A program made the translations under genes and the position numbers. A stretch of 64,000 bases of DNA from contig OZ024740.1 of the NCBI GenBank assembly GCA_964016885.1, forward strand, positions 325,934,001 through 325,998,000. The letters are read 5' to 3'. A model generated the notes under the pieces. It was not told the origin of the DNA, made no database searches, and worked only from the letters and a program-made list of their open reading frames with translations. The stretch comes from Eledone cirrhosa (taxonomy: Eukaryota). How positions within the stretch are numbered: position 1 is the first letter of the stretch; every line of letters starts with the position of its first letter. Positions 58,907 to 64,000 of this stretch are shown here, one piece after another.

Positions 58907-59516
58907 TTATATTTGGGGAGGATCATATAATATTGCCAGAAATATATAATAAAAGTTTGATTTGGGTTGGGTTTAACTTCCGTATATTGTATATCCCTAT
59001 AGTTAATTTAGCTGGCAATCAATGTTTATCATTGATTAACCAACAGTTAAAAAATATATATAGTATCTGAGTTCTTTCATCACATACCTGTAACATTATC
59101 AGTGATACTATTAGGGAAACATAATAGTAAGTTCCTAGTTCAATGCTTGTCATGAGATAGAAACATAAATTCAGAAGAGGTTAGATTTAAAGAATGGTTA
59201 GGGACATATAGTAACACAGAACATGTATAACATTAAGACAGACAAGAAATCTTTCAAATCATTTACTTACTTTACTTCAAGTGTTCTGATGTTCTTCGGG
59301 CTCATATGCTATGCTCATTAATTTGTCAGATAAGAAAAAAAATATTTCACTATTTCCTCGAATTCTTCAAACGGCTGTTAGTTAGTCTTGGAATTGCATC
59401 ACTTAAGAAATCAATTAATGATCGTGTGCACACTCACTCACTCTGTGTGTGTGGAATCTCTATTCTGATTTATTCATTTCTACCGTTTAAAATTAAATGT
59501 GTAGTAACCTTTAGTG

Positions 59517-59549
<33 letters not shown>

Positions 59550-61104
59550 CCCCCCCTATTCACGTGGCTATGTACCTCTGTTCAGCGTGGTTGGTTTGTA
59601 CTCATGACTATAAGCTATAAATTGAATTCTTAGAGTAACACCTTGAATGACCTTCAAAAGTTAGCAATGGAGAAAAAAACATGAAATTTACAGTCTGCAT
59701 CTATACAAATTTAGGTGGCCATCTACGATGTTGCATTTCATAGGATGTTTCTTGTTTTAATGATAGGGTCCCCAGCCTTTTCACTCGTTGCTATTGCTAT
59801 TATAGCTCACACTTAAGCATATTTAATTAACCGCCTACGAAGTTCTTACAGCTCACACTTCAAGTTTATATGACCGCTTATGCGGTTCTTTCATAGATTT
59901 TTTTTTTTTTTTTGTTTTTTTTTTGTTTTTTTTTTTAATAAGGGCCACTGTCCTATTATGTGGTTGTTGCTACAGCTCACATCTGTGTAGATTTAACTGG
60001 CTTCCTTAGAGATTGTATCTCATGAGGTTTCTTGGGTGTTTTAATGACAGGGCCCCCAGTCTTGTTAAAATTCATACCTATGCAAGTTTAACTTGTCACC
60101 CACGAGATATCTCATAGTTTGTATGTCTTAATAAGGGCCCCAGTTCTATCATGTTACAGTTTACACCTGTTTAGATTTAGCTGGACTTCGATAAGGTCGT
60201 ATCTCATAGGTTTCTTGTTTTAATAATACCATACAAAGCAACAAGAAAAGAAGTCTTGCTTAAGAACACAATGCACCCCACCAATCTAAGAATCGAACTC
60301 ACGAACTCGTGATTGCGAGTCTAACACCCTAACCTAATTAAATACAATCGTTACATTGTATTTAATTCGCAGTCCAAGCCATGCAAGCGTGGAATAGCAG
60401 ACGTAAAAGCAATGGTGACGATGATCTGAGTGGTGGATGAATTTTTTTATTTAAATGTCTGTCATGATAAAATGCACCCAGTATACTCTGTAAAGTCGGT
60501 GCAAATGCTACAAGAAAATGCACCCAGTACAGTCAACTGTCAGTGCTATTGTCGCAATAAAATGCTCCTGGCACATTCTGACTGCTGGTAGTGCTGTCAC
60601 CATGATATAATGCACCTAGTACAATCTGTAAAGTGGTTTGATTAGGATGGTCATCTAGCCGTAGAAATCATACCAAATATGGAATGTATGAGCAAGATGA
60701 GGTCTCCTCCATCCATCTAGTCTTGGACTGTGACAACCTGTCCAACCCATGCCAGCATGGTGAGGATGTCCATAAATGAAATGTTTAATGTTAAATCAAG
60801 GGTTTTTGTATAGTTAGTTACCGAGTTAATATTGAGCATATGGTAGCACACATGGCCAACTGGTTAAGTCTGTTTTTCAATCATAAGGTCCTGGTTTCAA
60901 TCCCACTACATGGCATATTGGGTGTCATTTACTTTACCATAGCCTTGGGTTGACCTATCTCTTGTCCTGAGCCTTTATCAATTACTGGGCCTCCTTCCTA
61001 CAAAGCTCAAGTCACCCCTTCCCTGCTATACACTGAAATATGTTCATATAAAATGGTACCATTACTGCTGCTACACAAACTAACAGCCATGTGCAGACTT
61101 GTAT

Positions 61105-61326
61105 AAATGTGGTAATAAGCCCAGGCCTGATGGGAAATGTACACCCCAAAGTTTGTAATAGACCCAGGCCTGATGTGAAATGTAGGTGTCCAAAGTTAGT
61201 AATAAATCCAGGCTTGATGTAAAATATACATCCCCTAATCTGGTAATAGATCCATAAAATGTAGGCCCTCGAAGCTGGTATACACAAGTCAAATGTGAAA
61301 TGTAGCTCCAACAGTTGATAGGCCCT
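61105..61326 (+). repeat. ~41-bp minisatellite, ~5-6 units (family of 30650-31160)
   Basis: gtaatagacccaggcctgatgtgaaatgtagg units. Confidence 0.8.
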
Positions 61327-63369
61327 TCTGCCTTCTGATACCAAGCTGCCTGAAACTTCCCTTGGTTATACAATGCAAAGTTGGTCCTTTTAGAGCTTAT
61401 AGTCATTTAAAAACCTTCCATCATAATTTTGTCAATGTTTGTTCCAAACAACTTAATGGGAAAGTTAGTTATATTACTAAATCTCAAAATGTTGCTTATT
61501 TTCAAATTTATTTGAAAATAATACAGTGCCTTTCTTTAGAAATATAGTAATAAAGGGGTTAAATCTGTTGGAATGAAAACATGTGCAACTGTGTGTGTTG
61601 TTGCTTGGTCTTGATCAGAATTTTGTAGTATTCCACCTAACAATAGTAGATCGGGATAATTCTACAAAAATTGACAATGGGAATATATACTATAGTATGA
61701 TAAAGGAAATATTTTGTGGAAATGTTCTTTTCACAACTACATGGTTTCAGGTTTAACCCCTCTGTATGTCACCTATAGCCTTGGGTTGATCTCTCTCTCT
61801 GTGTCTCTCTCGGTCTCTCTCTGTCTCTCTCTGTCTCTCTCTGTCTCTCTGTGTGTGTGTGTGTGTCACTTCTTGGGAAGCCATTGACAGTTTGTCTCAC
61901 ACAAACTGTCCCAGAACACAACAGTTTGTGTGAAGACCAATGAAATAAGGACCATACTTTAAAATAAGGGCTTACTTTGGGAAAGGCATCTAGCAGTAAA
62001 ATTGTGCCTTATAAAGTCTCATTCAGCCCATGCCAGAATTGAAAAGCAAGTATAGAAACATAATTTGTTTGTTCACATATGGTAATGTCGTAATACTGAA
62101 ATATTTTCACTTACAAAAAATATTAAATCATGCATCATTATCAGCATCGTCATTGTTATTGTTTTACATCCGTTTTTCAAACTGACAGACATTTGTAATT
62201 GGGTAGGTGAGGTGACTATTTTGTCAGATAAGCTTTGAGGTCAATTATATTGAAATAGTTCCATTCCGATGTTACTAAACCAAGGTAGTAACAACTGTGC
62301 ATATTTCTTGCATATCACGGTGACATAACTGGTATTGGTTAACATATCAATGTCTAAGCTATTTACTACAGGCGATAATGACAACAACATTACCAAGTCT
62401 CTCAAACAACGTTACCCAAGCTATATTATGCAGTCTCTCAAACAAATATGTGCTGAGGAATATTAATGTATTTAATGCAAATATTTTATAAGCATATTGA
62501 ATGACCTTCATGGAAGCAGCTATCAACTGAAAGGTGTGTGGGTGGATGGGTGGTGCCTTAAATTATAAATGTTGCTACAAAACATTTCAGCATTAATTAC
62601 TACCTTTTAAAACGAATCAAAATTGTTGCATAATTTTTCTCGCTTTGTTTCTTATTAATTCTTCACATTTCCAGATTTTTATTTTTGTGATAATCTTTAA
62701 ATGTTTGTGCGCTTATTGTTTTGATTTTGTTTGTTGTCTTGAATCTCTTTAGTTTGTGATTTTAAATTCTAGGCCTCATATGCAGCATGAATGAACAGGA
62801 AGTGCTTGCAATATGCTATGAGTGATGGGTGAGCAGTTATATTTAGTGTATGTATGATACAATAGTAGCCTTTTGTATTAACCCTTCTACTACCATATGG
62901 TTAATGAAAGACACTGTTCAAATAATTCTGAAAATAATTTGAAGGTATATAGTAATATAACTTTCTCATTAAGCTGGTGGTTGGAACACAACTTCACAAA
63001 GGTTCTTACATAGAATTGATACGATTTTAGATAAATATAAACATTTAAAAATAATCTGTATTAATAACACCTACAAGATGATGTAGTTGATAGGAAGTAC
63101 AGAAAAAATTTAACATTTAATTTTCAAATATTAGGGAAATGAAGTCTGCAGATTACGAAGAATTCTTTTGTTCTTTTCATAATTCGTCATTAGACTGGGG
63201 TCATTCTGGAGCACTTCCCTGAAGAGATTTCAGATGATTATATTGACCCCAGTATTTTTTTTTTTTCAAGTCCAGGAATTCTTTTATCAATATCTTTTTT
63301 GGTTAAACCTGTAAGTTACTGGACATAAAAGTAAGCATAAACACACACACACATGCATGCATGTGTGCG

Positions 63370-63822
63370 ATGGGTTTCTACACACGTTCTATCAACATAC
63401 TTTTACTCGTATAGCATTGATCAACTACACGAGACACTTCCCCAAGATGCCAAGCAGCAGGATTGAATCCAGAACTGTGTGCTAAGCAAACTCCTTAACT
63501 CCATAGCTATGCTTCTATATGTAGTTGGCCTTTGGAAGGACATGTAGCTGTAGAAACTAAATCAGAACAGTTCTGTTTGAGCAAGACTTGGTCACCTCAC
63601 CTGGCTTATCTCACAGCATGACAGCCTTTCTAACACATGCAAGAATGGAAAATAGATGCTAAACAGTGATGATGGGTTTCCACATACTCTGTCTATCAAA
63701 TTCTACTCAAAAGCATTGGTCTATCTGAGGCTATAGAAGACACTTGTCAAGTGCTGAACAGCAGAACTAAGTCCAGAACCCCATTATTGTGAACTCCCAA
63801 GCCACACAGCTATGTCTACATA
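63370..63822 (-). mobile_element. Two old minus-strand tRNA/CORE SINE remnants (related copies at ~43250-43380, 51380-51545, 60850-60960, 61720-61790)
   Basis: gcattggtc...ggctatag.agacactt...gaac..agaac motifs. Confidence 0.55.
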
Positions 63823-64000
63823 GGAACAAGTGGAGTGTATATATTATACAAAGGATTGACTAATTGATTTCGTATGGACCTACAATTCCTGATGGAATCA
63901 TAGGAGTGCCAACACGACATTCTTGGTACTTTAAACCTGGCTAAGACCACTCTCCATGTCTGAAGACAGCTGAGCTCTCCCAGAAAAGGGATCTGGATAG

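Overview
AT-rich eukaryotic (animal) genomic DNA dominated by microsatellites, minisatellites and transposable elements; the repeat content resembles a cephalopod/octopus-type genome (inference, not verified). No complete host gene is visible. There is one candidate promoter and first coding exon (TATAAA 51760, TCAGT 51784, ATG 52137) that runs into a 200-N gap. Recognisable TE coding sequence: a decayed Helitron helicase (~97-1010), two CRE/RLE-type non-LTR fragments, two RTE LINE fragments, a 5'-truncated and 5'-inverted Penelope-like element (PLE) with an open RT C-terminal + GIY-YIG ORF (33027-34430), a near-intact Chapaev3-like DNA transposon with TIRs and a 3-bp TSD (36667-39316), and a hAT dimerization-domain relic. 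The strongest signal is non-coding. At least a dozen minimal type I hammerhead-ribozyme motifs (CTGANGA...GAAA...NUH) from about ten sequence families sit mostly inside or next to (TA)n tracts. Many are embedded in near-perfect palindromes, some of which fold back at the ribozyme itself. One is a ~445-nt non-coding 1.5-mer starting just after its own predicted cleavage site (retrozyme/circRNA candidate). Other oddities: an array of ~15 GCTA-GAAA-TAGC tetraloop hairpins with variable spacers (28960-30360) and a 4.5-kb frame-preserving Gly/Ser/Cys/Tyr triplet array. All motif calls were read by eye, and no database search or folding computation was run.
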